DNA of 61,550 bases, filler included, from Hausera hauseri (Eukaryota), in assembly GCA_046269625.1 (NCBI GenBank). It is 8 parts of 8 records of this genome, joined end to end, with 100 filler letters (N's around TTAATTAATTAA, not from the genome) between each part and the next. Parts side by side here need not be neighbours in the genome. Positions count along the whole stretch, not along the records: positions 22,736 to 30,820 come from JBJURY010787645.1; positions 30,921 to 43,533 come from JBJURY010023341.1; 6 more parts are not named here. One strand, 5' to 3'. Both the position numbers and the translations under genes were made by a program. Of this stretch, positions 24,922-36,896 are shown piece after piece. The notes beneath the pieces were generated by a model that worked only from the letters and a program-made list of their open reading frames with translations, did not search any database and was not told the DNA's origin. Each line of letters opens with the position of its first letter. The stretch's first letter is position 1.

Positions 24922-27900
24922 AACTCGGGCACCCTGCATTTTGGTGCCCGCCCTGCCGGGGCGGAGATCCCGACCGCCAACCCTGCGTTGGTCGGTCGGG
25001 ACGCACCTTCGACTTCGGCCCCAAATCACGGCCCCCAGGCCTACCACTGCTCCCCTCTCCATTCTTTTTATAACAACATTCACATATATACCCTTCATAA
25101 AACACACCCGCACATCCCCACCCTTCAGACCCACATTTCTATCCTTGGTTCTTCTGACTTCTATCTTAGCCATCACGGTACCATCATACATCTCAACGAA
25201 ACTACCTTTTTCAAATCACGCTTGCCTCAATATACATCTCCATATCCATGGTGGAATGAACTCCCCACCAACTATTGACACCACGGATACAACCACCACA
25301 AAAAAGCCAATACCCATTCTTTACTACTCCAAACCAAACCCTCCACCTTCTTCAATCGATGGAAATCCCCACAAAAATCCTTCAAATACTCCACACTGCA
25401 CTGAATACTTCATAGATAATGAAAAGTCCAGTAAAATGTGGCTTCACTTTCATCAACTCTGGCTAAAGTCTAATGGTATCACAGACTCCTTATCTAAAGC
25501 CACAGCTTACTCAATCGTCTTCCAAACTTTATAGAAGCCTAAATACATAACTTACTAGACATATTTCAACACCCTGACCCTTATACCCAATTATACGACG
25601 CTGTATTGAAACAGACCAAACCTTCAATTGACACCATAATGCAGCGTTTCTTTAATAAAAATACAATGGGGACACAAAAACCCACTGACTTCTTACGCAT
25701 CTCCTTAGCACACTTGCGTATTCTTGGCATCACTAAGGAACATAACCCGGATCTTCTACGCCATTATTTTCTGAATGCCCTACCCATCCAAATCCGGGCC
25801 CTTATCGTGGAGGGAGGCTCCACGCCGCTTGAAAAATTGGCCGAATTGGCCGATAGGACATATGATGTCCTATACAAATTCGCAACCAGTAGTTTCAGCA
25901 GTAGTTGCCACTAACGCCATTCAAACAACTAACACATCCATAGAACAGCAGCTTAATCAGCTACGTGCTGAAAATATTGCATTGCAACAACATCAATAAT
26001 AAATTAAATGAATTGTCTTTGTCCCGACGAAGGGGTTTTGCCGCTGACCGCGCCCGTTCCACGTCAAGAAACCGCTCACCATCGCCTGAGCGTTCGTCGA
26101 TCTAATATTACCACAGCAGATTTAACACTAATGCCCAGAAGTGTTGCCTAGGATGCAAGCTTTATAATCAGAAGTTTTCCTCGGACACCGTTATCAGCAT
26201 CTACCATGCAAGGTTCAAAAATCAAGCTCGTAAATGTCTTCCAGACTGCACTTTCAAATCCAACACAAATGACGGCCGTACTGCCTTTCCTTCTAATAGT
26301 CGTCCTAATTCACCTTTTCACAAATACTAATTTCGCTGGCAGAAGTCACGGCAAACTTTGGCAAAGGCACTACTTCACATTCTGAACGCCGTCACGTCTC
26401 CTTAGCTGTTTTCACTTTAAAGGCTGCAATCACTGCTCATACTACGCAATCTATTGACTTTCTTATTGACACAGGTGCAACGATTTCTCTATTACAGCAA
26501 ACCTTTCCTGTTCAAAACTTTCCATTCAAACTTAAGCCCTTATACACTGCTTCAGGCCAACCGCTGCACATCTCTGGCATGGTTAAATTATCCTTCACTC
26601 TTCCAATTTTTCAACACCTTTCCGCTGGACGTTCACAGTCCTAACGTCCAGTCGACAATTCTAGGATCTGACTTTCTTTCACAGTATAACCTACCGGTTG
26701 ACTGCAGCCAACGATGTCTCAGGAACGGCACCACTGGCCTCATTTCTGAGCATGTAAATAGCATTTCGACTACCGCGCAGTCGACCGGTATGCGAAAGTC
26801 AATATTAAAAAAGTCAATGAATAATTCAATTTTTATAACAATTCTGTTCGTAAATTTTTAAATAATAATACTGACATTCGATCAAAATTCAATGTCGACA
26901 ATTGTGGTACTGCTACAAACGTTCACTCATTCGACGAAAATACTTCAGCCAACACCATTTTCAATTCAACAATCTTGCACCAAATACCACTTGACTGCAC
27001 ATCATCTAACAACTCACAAATTGCATCTACTACTGTTCAAGCCGTTTCACCACTTTTACCGAATCTCTAACAGCTACCTATAACTTTACAACAGTTCATC
27101 AACACATCTTGCCCACGCGTACTTAAAAAAGACGGTACTTTTACTCCCGCAAACATCACCTTACATCACATAGTCACACAGCACCAACGTCCAATACGCC
27201 AAAAAGTACGGCCTCTGTCACCTCGCCGTAGACAGGCCGTAGAAGCCGAATTTCTTGAACTAGAACGTTCCGGAATAGTACGCCGTTCCAAATCTCCTTG
27301 GTCATCACCGTTACATGTCGTATAAAAAAGGACATTACCTTTAGACCATGCGGTGACTACCGACAGCTAAACAACTTGACTATCATGGACGCGTATCCTT
27401 TACCACTCATGAAGGATATCCTGCACCGTCTTAATTCAACCACCATCTATTTAACCATTGATTTAGCAAAAGCATACCATCAAATACCGGTAGCACCTGA
27501 AGACATAGAAAAAACTGCAGTAACTACTCCTTTTGGTCTCTATGAATACGTATTCATGCCATTCGGTTTGCGGAATGCCGCATAAACTTTCCAGCGACAT
27601 ATTGATTCAATTCTTTCAGATTTCTGGTTTGCGCACCCTTACACTGATGATATTCTGATCGTATCGTCTTAGGTTAAACAATACGAGGAACATCTTCACG
27701 CAATATTCTAACGCCTTCACCACTACAATCTCCAAGTCAATTTCGACAAATGGGTATTTCTTCAAAAAGCGCATTAACTTTTTTGGCCACGTTATCACAC
27801 CAGACAGCCATTCTCCCCAATCAGACCGAGTCGAAGCTCTTAAAAACATCCAATTGCCACGTACCACCACCGAAATGCGTAGCTTCCTTGGCACACTACA

Positions 27901-30312
27901 CTTTTTACATAAATACGTCCCATACTGCTCGGAATTAACAGCTCCATTCGCACACCTAAGCGTTGGCAAAAACATCAACCAATCTAGTAGACACCTAAAT
28001 TGGTTGACAAATTCGATAAGCTACGCGAAGGCATCAAAACCGTCGATATACTAGCTTTTCCCAAGCCTGATGCAAAACTTATCCTCACTACAGACGCCTC
28101 AACCACTGCAGTAGGAGCTGTACTCCACCAGATCTACAAGGGAAAAAATCAACCATTAGAATTTTTTTTCTCGCAAGTTGACAGCACCTGAAACCAAATA
28201 TTCCACGTTTGACCAAAATCTATTAGCAATCGTTCTCGCTTTAAAGCACTTCTCACACCTACTTGTCACTCGTCATTTTATTCTACAAACCGATCACAAG
28301 CCTTTACTTAACATCATGGCCATGAAACACCCTTCCACACGCCAAGAACGACAGATATCATACTTGTCGACATTTAACTTTGACATAAAACATATATATG
28401 GGGTTAATAATTTAATTGCCGACTTTTTATCTACGTCGGTTAGTTCGATTAATTTTTCACTGATTTTTACGCAAGCTCAACTTCAACAGAACCAGCCACC
28501 TCAGGACATGCTTAATTCTTTCAAGTCTTGCACAATTGTTGACGGCGTGGCTTTAAACACTTCTAAACCAGGTCAATCTGTAATAATTCTTGCACCACCT
28601 TTGCAAAGGCAAGCATTTAATAGTGTACATTTGCTACACCATCTTGGTGCTAAAGTCACTTCGTTTACTCCACCGACAAGTAGTTTGGTCGTCAATGCGT
28701 CCCGATGTACAGGCATGGGTTAAGGAGTGTGTGACTTGCCAAAAATACAAAACAACTAAGCATCGAAAGACACCACTATTCCACTTTCCTTGTACATCGC
28801 GTTTCGAATCCGTGCATACTGACATCGTCGGCCATCTTCCTGTAGACAATGGTCATCAATTTATTCTCACCATGATGGACAGTTCCTCGCGATGGCCAGA
28901 AGCCATCCTTCTGTGAAGCACAAATACCGAAACCATAGCAGACTTTTTTATTCGTACATGGATTAGCAAGTTTGAATCATCTCGCTTCACCATCACGGAC
29001 CAAGGTCCACAGTTTGAATCCAACCTGTTCAAATCCCTTGCTTACCGATTGAGAATCCATCACATACATACGACGCCTTATCACACCCAATCGAATAACC
29101 TCTTAGAACGTTTCCACCGAACATTGAAAGCATGATTTAGAATTCTTTCAGAGTCCAACATTAGTTGGACAAACCTTCCTCCGTTTGTTCTGCTTGGCTG
29201 GCGGAACACTCTGTACACTTCTACGGGATGCGCACCTACTGAAGCCTTATTCGGACCTCCTGTACGACGATTATTCGAATTAACTTCCATAGACGACACT
29301 GCTACAGATGAGACGATACGGGCAGTGCAAAACCACTTCGTTACGGTCAGCAGAGATTCGTTCTGCAGGTTACTTCACAAAGACAAAACAGATTTAATCG
29401 AAGACTTGTATTCGGCAAAATTCGTATGAATAAAAAATCAAACGCCGTGCGGTTTTCAGCCGCGGTATCTGGGGCCCTATAAACTGGTGCAACTACATTC
29501 GCATAACTCTATTATTTCTAAAGATGGCAAAGACCTTACTGTGCATATTACCAATTTAAAGCCTGCCTTTTTCGTCAACGGCACCTCACCACTTGACACG
29601 TCGACTTCTTTTCTAACTCATACACTTCCTGCTGGCCCTATATCTGTTGCTACACCTGTTCCCCCTTCTCATTTCGCTTCTAGTTCTGCTTCATCATTTT
29701 CTTTACTTTCTACTTCTGTTCCTATCTCTTTTCCTATTTCTACCACTACCTCTGTTTAACTTTCTACTTCTACTCTTTCGCCTAATACATTTCCAACCCC
29801 TATTCCAATTTCAGTCCCTCCTTCTTCATCCGTCACTACATCTTTTGCCAATCCTTTGTATTCTAACGTTCTCTCGAACACCCTCAATTATCCGTCTTCA
29901 ACTATTTCTCTTATTTCTTCATTTTCTTCTTCCCTTCTTCTGACTTGCTTTGCACGACATAACACCCATAACAAAATCTGACAATTTTTTACCCCAACTT
30001 CAAACTCTGCAGGCAAAAACATCGCATATAGACAAAACACGCAGATTCACATTTACTATACACAGCAGGGAAAAATCAGTAGAGGGCACCCAACGTCTTA
30101 TTCACACTAAGACCAAGTGATAGAAACATTTTTCCGTTTGGCCTTTTTGTTTCCGTTTATTTTGCTCTTTTATACTTTCAACTTCGCCACGAGTGGGGTA
30201 ATATGGTGCCCACTGCGGCCGGTGCCCTTTGGCCCATTTTGATTGGGCACGGTCGGGCGTTACGTTATCACCGCGACGGATCCATAGTCGGGTCCGATTT
30301 TTCGCCTCAAGA
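24922..30312 (+). mobile_element. decayed Ty3/gypsy (Mag-like) retrotransposon, gag-pro-RT-RNaseH-IN
   Basis: gag FLNALPIQIRAL..LEKLAELAD; protease FLIDTGATIS; RT PCGDYRQLN, IDLAKAYHQIP, MPFGLRNAA, YTDD; RNase H TTDASTTAVGAVL; integrase CVTCQ, HTDIVG, TDQGPQFES, ERFHRTLK; many frameshifts and stops. Confidence 0.92.
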
Positions 30313-30820
30313 GTTTTATCTATTATAATGATTTCAGTCAATTGTACCATGACAATTCGTATTCCGGTTATGTTTTACGACCCAGTCATAAACACATCGT
30401 AAATGGATATGCACCAAATCATTATTCAATTAATTATATCGAAACCAAACTACCTATAGATAGTCAGTTGAATTCCGATGAAATTACATCAGATCGAAAT
30501 TATCGCCAATAGCTTTTTGTAAAGTTAGAATTCCAATCGATTAATACTGCAAACCGTACAGACACATATATCTCTATGATTCATAACCGCATTGCCTTCA
30601 TTCAAATAAATCTTGAAAGGTATCGATTATCCCACTGGTCGATTACTGATTTGCTCGTTCCCATGTTTTAAGATGCTATATTACTATTACTATTGGTTTT
30701 ATTTAAACATTTCGTAATTACTGTTTAATCTGGGGGGCGGGGTTCTGTTTTCATATTTTTTAACGAAACTGTACAGTTTTATTTATTGATTTTTCGTGAA
30801 ACGCATTTTCTGCTGTACAT

Positions 30821-30920
30821 NNNNNNNNNNNNNNNNNNNNNNNNNNNNNNNNNNNNNNNNNNNNTTAATTAATTAANNNNNNNNNNNNNNNNNNNNNNNN
30901 NNNNNNNNNNNNNNNNNNNN
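30821..30920. other. artificial contig spacer
   Basis: same 100-nt linker. Confidence 0.99.
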
Positions 30921-32518
30921 GTTTAGGGGGAATTTCTGGCAGAATTATGGCACAGAGGCGGCAGCGGTATCTGGATGAGTTGGCTGCACGTGAGGAGGAG
31001 CTAGATAGACGGGCTCGGTTGTCATACAGTCCACGTGAGAAGGAGAGAGATGAGGGATGGACAGAGGATCCAGGAGCTAGTGGGAAACATCGCACTAAGA
31101 CTAAACATCTGAGAGAGAGTAGAACTACCAATAGCCCGATGGAGAGACAAAACACACTGTTTATTGAGGGTTCATTGACGGGAACAGTCGAGGTAACAGA
31201 GGGGGTGCCTGAAAGGGGAGTGACAACAGGCAGGTTGAGGAGGCAGCCTGACAGGGGGCCGTCTGTTGGTCCAGGTAAAAAAGAGGTGAAATCAGCTCTT
31301 GAGGAGGAGGAGACGGAGACAGCGTCAGAATCAGATGCAGATAGGTACAGCATTGTGTCTCAGCTTCCTTTATTGAGTACTCAGGGACCAACGGGTGCAG
31401 TAGCAAATTACAAGCCGTTCCATGTACGTGATTTGGAGTCGATAACAGAGAAGCTGCCACCGTTAGCGCAAGGAGGAGGTCGATGGTTGGAGAAATTTAA
31501 TGCGCTCACATTAGGGGTGACCCTGGCATTGGGGGATCTGAATGCCATTTTTGCTCGATGTGCAAATCACGCCACAGTCGAGACGTACATGCACTCCATT
31601 GTAGCGACCGCTCGGGGTCGGTACAGAATATTAGAGTTACCTGATGATACTCCGTTGTGTGACGTATTTGTGCAACTCGCGCCAATCATAAGAACGCTGT
31701 ACCCATTGCCGGTCGGAGTAGCGGTTCCTGAATTCAGGTGGGATAGAACTGTAGACCCGTGGGAGTTTATGGAGCAATGTAAGGACACTTGGGAGAGGGT
31801 CACAGGTGTACATGCGCAGGCCATACAACAACGTCCGTATTTCAGAAAAGCTGTGCTGGACGCCCTGCCGAGAGAGGTCGTAGAAGAGTTGGAAAAGAAT
31901 GCTGATTTAATTACAGCATCCCCAGAGCGCTGGGAGAGAAATGTAATACATCGTTTAAACTATGAGAAAAAACAGAAAGACAAAGAGGCGGCTGAATTAG
32001 ACAATATGAAAGCCCAGCTACTTAAACTACAGCTGTTTGATGCCAGACATAAACAGAGTGATGATAAAAAGAACAAGGACAAAAAACAATTATCTGTTCA
32101 GTCAGTTGTAGAGGGAAATGACGAGGCAGTGACCTCTGGTACAGTTGCTCTGCAGCAGTGGTCGGAAACACAAGGCCGGTGGGCCAGAGGGGGACATCCG
32201 GTGAGAGGGACCGGACGGGGAAGAGGGGGTGCGAGATCACGACCGGTGTCATGGGGTTGGGGTGCTCCACAGTGGGGACAGCAGGGTGATGCCTGTTTCA
32301 TCTGTGGCCAACAAGGTCACTGGGCTAGAGATTGCTACTACCAGCCCACACCACCCCACAGGTCAAGAGGGGGCCAGCAGCCATTCCAACGGCACAGGGG
32401 CCCACCACCGCCTTTCTCTCATCAAATGAGGGGCCAACCACCGGTCCAGCAACCACAACAACCACAAGCCGGCCAGCCTCCTCTCGAGCAAGGGGGAGGA
32501 GGTTTCCAACAACAATGA
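30921..32518 (+). CDS. gag: ERV Gag, copy 1 (5'-truncated by contig start)
   Basis: CCHC knuckle CFICGQQGHWARDC, RG-rich NC region; frame open from contig start; colinear with copy 2. Confidence 0.93.
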
Positions 32519-35500
32519 GACACCCCACAGAAAATTATGAGTGTTGGAGGAGGGGCAGACCCAACACTCGAGGTGACAGTCAGAACAGAAAAGATGCAGT
32601 TTCTGGTGGATACAGGAGCAACATTTTCAACGATTACTCACACCCCACAGAACTGCGAACTGTTACCAAAGTCGGTGGAAGTTGTTGGATTTTCTGGGGC
32701 TAGACAAAGACTGCCGGTGACACGTCCGCTTGTCACAAAAGTGGGCACACAGACTCTGTTACATCCCTTTGTGGTAGCTGAAAATGCACCAGCGAACCTT
32801 TTAGGGAGAGACCTTCTCATCAGACTGGGAGCTTCAATTTTGTGCTCTGCAGATGGACTTGTGGTGAGGTTGCCAGATGGCACCTCCCTGGAGTGCGGCA
32901 TGGTCACCACTAGCCACTCTCAGTGTGTGATCCAACCTGTCCATGATGAATATGTTGACATCTACTGGGGGCTGCTGGAACCTGAGGTCATGGGTGGAGG
33001 GGGTGTTTATTCTGCCTACCTGGTGTGGAAGCCCTGGCTCCTGACTTTACATCCATACTCCGCCCCCCCTGACCCCCCTCATGTCACCCTCTTTTATGAT
33101 CGACGGGGAGATGAAGTGTTTCAAGACCACTTTGCAGAACAACTGGCAGGGAAAATCTGGCCTATTGATAGTGGGAACATTGTTGTGGGACGTGAGGGGG
33201 TGGCTGCTATAGTTAACTTAACATCTGAGCAAGAGGGGTGGTACAAGATGGGTGCAGAAGCAGTACCCCACATTTCATTAGCCTTAAATCCAAAGTTTCA
33301 GGCTAAAGACTTAGGGCCGATGGTAAAGAGGGCCTCAGGGGCCTCAGATTGGGTACAAACACCCTTGAAATACGTCTGGTACTCCCACAGCTGTGAGTGT
33401 TATTCAATCGGCTCTGAAGCACATGATGCAGTTTTGATGCAGCATGAGGTGCTCCCCAGAGAACACGGTCGTGAACTGACTGATCACCCGCTTGCGAGCT
33501 CTTTAATTGATAGTATGCCAGGGTCGTTGTGGTCAGAGGGACCCACTGATGTGGGACTGATAAACTGCCCTCCCATAACTTTCCAGGTGCAACACACATA
33601 CCCAATTTGGCTCACACAGTATCCACACAAACCGGCTGCAGAGATGGGCGTCGCAGAAACTATTCAGGGTTTAAAGGCCAGTGGAGTCCTTGAGCCTTCT
33701 TACTCTGAGTGGAACACACCTATCCTACCTGTACAAAAACCAGGTACAGACAAATTCCGTATGGCGCACGATTTGAGGGCGATTAATAAATTATTGATCA
33801 CTCAGACTGTACCTGTTCCCAACCCATACGTGGCATTAAATAATTTGACCCCAAAACACGAATGGTTCAGCTGCCTGGACCTTGCGAACGCATTTTTCTG
33901 TCTTCCCTTAGCTGAAGAGTGCAGGGACATTTTTTCATTCACCTTTCGTGGTGAACAGTTGCGATACACAAGATTACCACAGGGGTTTGCGCTGTCGCCT
34001 GGGATCTTCAACCAAGTGTTAAAGCAAGTTTTGTGTGAGGTAATGCTCCCACCAGACACAGTACTTGTGCAGTACGTGGATGACCTGCTCATCGCTAGTC
34101 CTACTGCACAAGACTCACTGGAAGCGACACAGAAAGTGTTAGAGCATTTACACGCAGCAGGTTTTAAAGTCAGTAAGAACAAACTGCAGCTGACAAGGCG
34201 ACAAGTGTCATTTTTGGGGAGAATGATCTCGCAGAAGGGGGCGGGACTCTCCTCTTCTCACCGCGACACAATTTTACATCATTCAAAGCCAGAGACAGTT
34301 AAAGAAATGATGTCATTTCTGGGGCTGACGGGGTACAGCAGAAATTACATTCCAAATTATGCAGGCCAGACCCAGGTTTTGCGCGCTTTGGTTAAAGAAC
34401 AGGGCATGAGAAACCCCACTGCCAGGCTGGTTTGGAATGAGGAAGCTGAGAGGACTTTCATTGAGGTGAAACAACAGATGAGTAGAGCCACAGAGCTGGC
34501 TTTGCCTGATTATGGTCGGCCTTTCTATTTGGATGTTTCTGAAACAGAAGGGGTTATTAACGGTGTTCTGTTTCAGAAACATGATGGGGGAAGAAAGGTT
34601 TTGATGTATGTCAGCTGTTCATTGGATAACACAGAGAGGAGACATCCACCGTGCACACAACACGCAGCTGGACTGGCTAAGCTGGTTCAGAAGACAGCTC
34701 ACCTGGTGATGGGACACACACTGCATGTTTTGACATCTCATAGTGTAGTGGCCTTTGTGAACTCACATAACTTCACCATGTCACCATTAAGACAAGAAAG
34801 AATAAACAAGGTCTTGGAAGCACCTAATTTGTTATTCACACATGAAGGGATCAACATGGCAGACAGGATAGGTGGAGGAGAACTGCATGTCTGTGAAAAG
34901 AGAGTGGAGGTTGACGACAGAGTCAGACCAGATTTAAAAGCTGCACCTCTTGAAGAGGGACAGGTGATGTTCTGTGATGGGAGTTGTTTCAGGGCCCAGG
35001 ATGGACAGCTCAGTGCAGGTTTTGCGGTGGTGCTTGAGACAGACCAGGGCTATCACACTGTAGTTAGCGAGAGATTACAGGGATCTCAGTCGGCGCAAAG
35101 AGCAGAAGTGAGGGCCTTAATTTCAGCACTAAGATGGGCGGAAAGCAAGAAAGTGACGATTTTCACAGACTCAGCTTATGCCTTCGGGGCGGCACATGTA
35201 GAACTAGGACAGTGGAGGAGAGGAGGTTTTCTGACAGCAAATGGGAAACCTATCAAACATGAAGCAGACATGAGAGAATTAGAAACAGCGTTAATGTTAC
35301 CAGCAGAAGTTGCCATTGTGAAGTGCCGAGGTCACGATTCAGAGTCATCAAACACAGCAAGAGGAAACTGTCAGGCGGATCTGGAGGCGAAGAGAGCCTC
35401 AGGATTCATCAGTTGGAGTCAGATGGTCATGGTAACACCAGAGGAAGAGGATGTGATCAGATGGGATGAAGAAACCATCGCCTGTTGCCAACAGGGCGCA

Positions 35501-36634
35501 GCACCGGAGGAAAAGGCTGTGTGGACTGACCGGGGAGCTGAAAAAAGACCAGATGGACTGTGGATAAACCCAGAGGATGGAAGATGGGTGCTCCCACTGA
35601 GTCTGAAGAGGAGAATTTTCGAAGAAGCCCACGGGTTGGCTCATGTAGGGGTACACCAGATGAGGAGGAATGTCCACAACTGGTGGCACCCGTATATGAA
35701 CTCTTTGATTCGAGCGTTTGTCAAAGAATGCACGTTATGCAATTTGTATAACTCCAAGCCAACTTTAAAACCGCGTGAGCAAGGCAAATTTCCTACGAAC
35801 ATGACACCAGGTCATGAGGTAATAATTGATTACACTGACATGATTCAACCAGCAAGGGGATTCAGATACCTACTGGTTTGCGTTGACGCGTTCACGGGAT
35901 GGCCAGAAGCCTGGCCAGCTAAAAAGGAAGATAGTCAAACTGTGATTAAGTGTTTGATAAATCAGTACATCCCCAGACATGGGTTCCCTACAACAATTAG
36001 GTCAGATAATGGTACTCATTTCAAAAATGCAGATCTGCAGAAAGTTGAAAAGGCCCTGGGTTTGAAACATGCATTTGGGACAGTTTATCACCCACAATCT
36101 CAAGGGAAAGTGGAACGACTAAATAGAAATCTGAAACAAAAATTATCAAAAATCTGTGCACAGACAAATTCTAATTGGCTAGATGCTTTACCAATTGCCC
36201 TTATGGCAGTGAGGGCCTCTGTTAACAGAGGGACGGGTTTCACCCCGTATGAACTGACCACAGGAAGGTCGTTCCCAGGGCCACAGCAAAATATAGAGTG
36301 GCCCACAAAACAGGTATCTGAAATGACACACAAAATGTACATTGATACACTAAGAGGTATGTTGTCCAGTTTCGCTCTACAGATTCCTGAATCCAGTACT
36401 GAGGACGAGGTGAGGCCCACGTGTCCACTCTCAGATTGGGTACTTCTGAGAGTCATTAAGCGAAAGTGGGCGGAGCCACGGTGGACGGGTCCATATGAAG
36501 TAACAGAACGCACTTCATATGCAGTACGCTTGAGAGGTAAAGGTTCCACGTGGTTTCATCTCAGCCAGTGTGCACCAGCTGCTGAACCACAAAGATCGTT
36601 GCAGCAGGTCCGGTCAGACCTACAACATCAGTAG
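32519..36634 (+). CDS. pol: ERV Pol (protease - 2H-phosphoesterase-like insert - RT - RNase H - integrase), in frame with gag after one UGA
   Basis: FLVDTGA and NLLGRDLL; WNTPILPVQK, LDLANAFF, LPQG, YVDD; FCDGS, SAQRAE, TDS; HGLAH...CTLC, IDYTD, SDNG, GKVERLN, WTGPY; uninterrupted 1365+ codons. Confidence 0.97.
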   Translation, partial: DTPQKIMSVGGGADPTLEVTVRTEKMQFLVDTGATFSTITHTPQNCELLPKSVEVVGFSGARQRLPVTRPLVTKVGTQTLLHPFVVAENAPANLLGRDLLIRLGASILCSADGLVVRLPDGTSLECGMVTTSHSQCVIQPVHDEYVDIYWGLLEPEVMGGGGVYSAYLVWKPWLLTLHPYSAPPDPPHVTLFYDRRGDEVFQDHFAEQLAGKIWPIDSGNIVVGREGVAAIVNLTSEQEGWYKMGAEAVPHISLALNPKFQAKDLGPMVKRASGASDWVQTPLKYVWYSHSCECYSIGSEAHDAVLMQHEVLPREHGRELTDHPLASSLIDSMPGSLWSEGPTDVGLINCPPITFQVQHTYPIWLTQYPHKPAAEMGVAETIQGLKASGVLEPSYSEWNTPILPVQKPGTDKFRMAHDLRAINKLLITQTVPVPNPYVALNNLTPKHEWFSCLDLANAFFCLPLAEECRDIFSFTFRGEQLRYTRLPQGFALSPGIFNQVLKQVLCEVMLPPDTVLVQYVDDLLIASPTAQDSLEATQKVLEHLHAAGFKVSKNKLQLTRRQVSFLGRMISQKGAGLSSSHRDTILHHSKPETVKEMMSFLGLTGYSRNYIPNYAGQTQVLRALVKEQGMRNPTARLVWNEEAERTFIEVKQQMSRATELALPDYGRPFYLDVSETEGVINGVLFQKHDGGRKVLMYVSCSLDNTERRHPPCTQHAAGLAKLVQKTAHLVMGHTLHVLTSHSVVAFVNSHNFTMSPLRQERINKVLEAPNLLFTHEGINMADRIGGGELHVCEKRVEVDDRVRPDLKAAPLEEGQVMFCDGSCFRAQDGQLSAGFAVVLETDQGYHTVVSERLQGSQSAQRAEVRALISALRWAESKKVTIFTDSAYAFGAAHVELGQWRRGGFLTANGKPIKHEADMRELETALMLPAEVAIVKCRGHDSESSNTARGNCQADLEAKRASGFISWSQMVMVTPEEEDVIRWDEETIACCQQGAAPEEKAVWTDRGAEKRPDGLWINPEDGRWVLPLSLKRRIFEEAHGLAHVGVHQMRRNVHNWWHPYMNSLIRAFVKECTLCNLYNSKPTLKPREQGKFPTNMTPGHEVIIDYTDMIQPARGFRYLLVCVDAFTGWPEAWPAKKEDSQTVIKCLINQYIPRHGFPTTIRSDNGTHFKNADLQKVEKALGLKHAFGTVYHPQSQGKVERLNRNLKQKLSKICAQTNSNWLDALPIALMAVRASVNRGTGFTPYELTTGRSFPGPQQNIEWPTKQVSEMTHKMYIDTLRGMLSSFALQIPESSTEDEVRPTCPLSDWVLLRVIKRKWAEPRWTGPYEVTERTSYAVRLRGKGSTWFHLSQCAPAAEPQRSLQQVRSDLQHQ

Positions 36635-36780
36635 AGGCGGAAGCAAACACCTGAGAGCTGGAGGGAGGAATCTGCGCGAGGCAGCAGTGAGCTGGAAAAT
36701 TGCCTCTTGTCCGGAGGGGTGCTGTGTAAAGAGTGGAAGACCCGTCGTTTGCTTAACCCATTGAGGTTCTTGTGAAAAGA

Positions 36781-36896
36781 AATAAAAGGCAGCAGAAAAC
36801 GCTGGGAATGAAGTCCCCTCTGTTTTGGCCAAAAAAGCTTGTGTGAAAATAAAAGGCAGCAGAAAACGCTGGGAATGAAGTCCCCCTGTGTTGGCC
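36781..36896 (+). repeat. ~50-nt direct repeat, two copies, between pol and env
   Basis: AATAAAAGGCAGCAGAAAACGCTGGGAATGAAGTCCCC at 36781 and 36848. Confidence 0.9.

Noticed and set aside
24920-25030. Hammerhead ribozyme in the GC-rich hairpins
   Set aside because: GAAA is present but there is no CUGAnGA core; no ribozyme consensus recognised.
24355-25278. 307-aa RecQ-Gag fusion protein
   Set aside because: The helicase part lacks Walker A, has DAAH for DEAH and an upstream stop; the in-frame join to the retroelement looks accidental.
29487-29943. Leu/Phe-rich membrane protein ORFs
   Set aside because: Pyrimidine-rich low-complexity tail of the gypsy element after the integrase.
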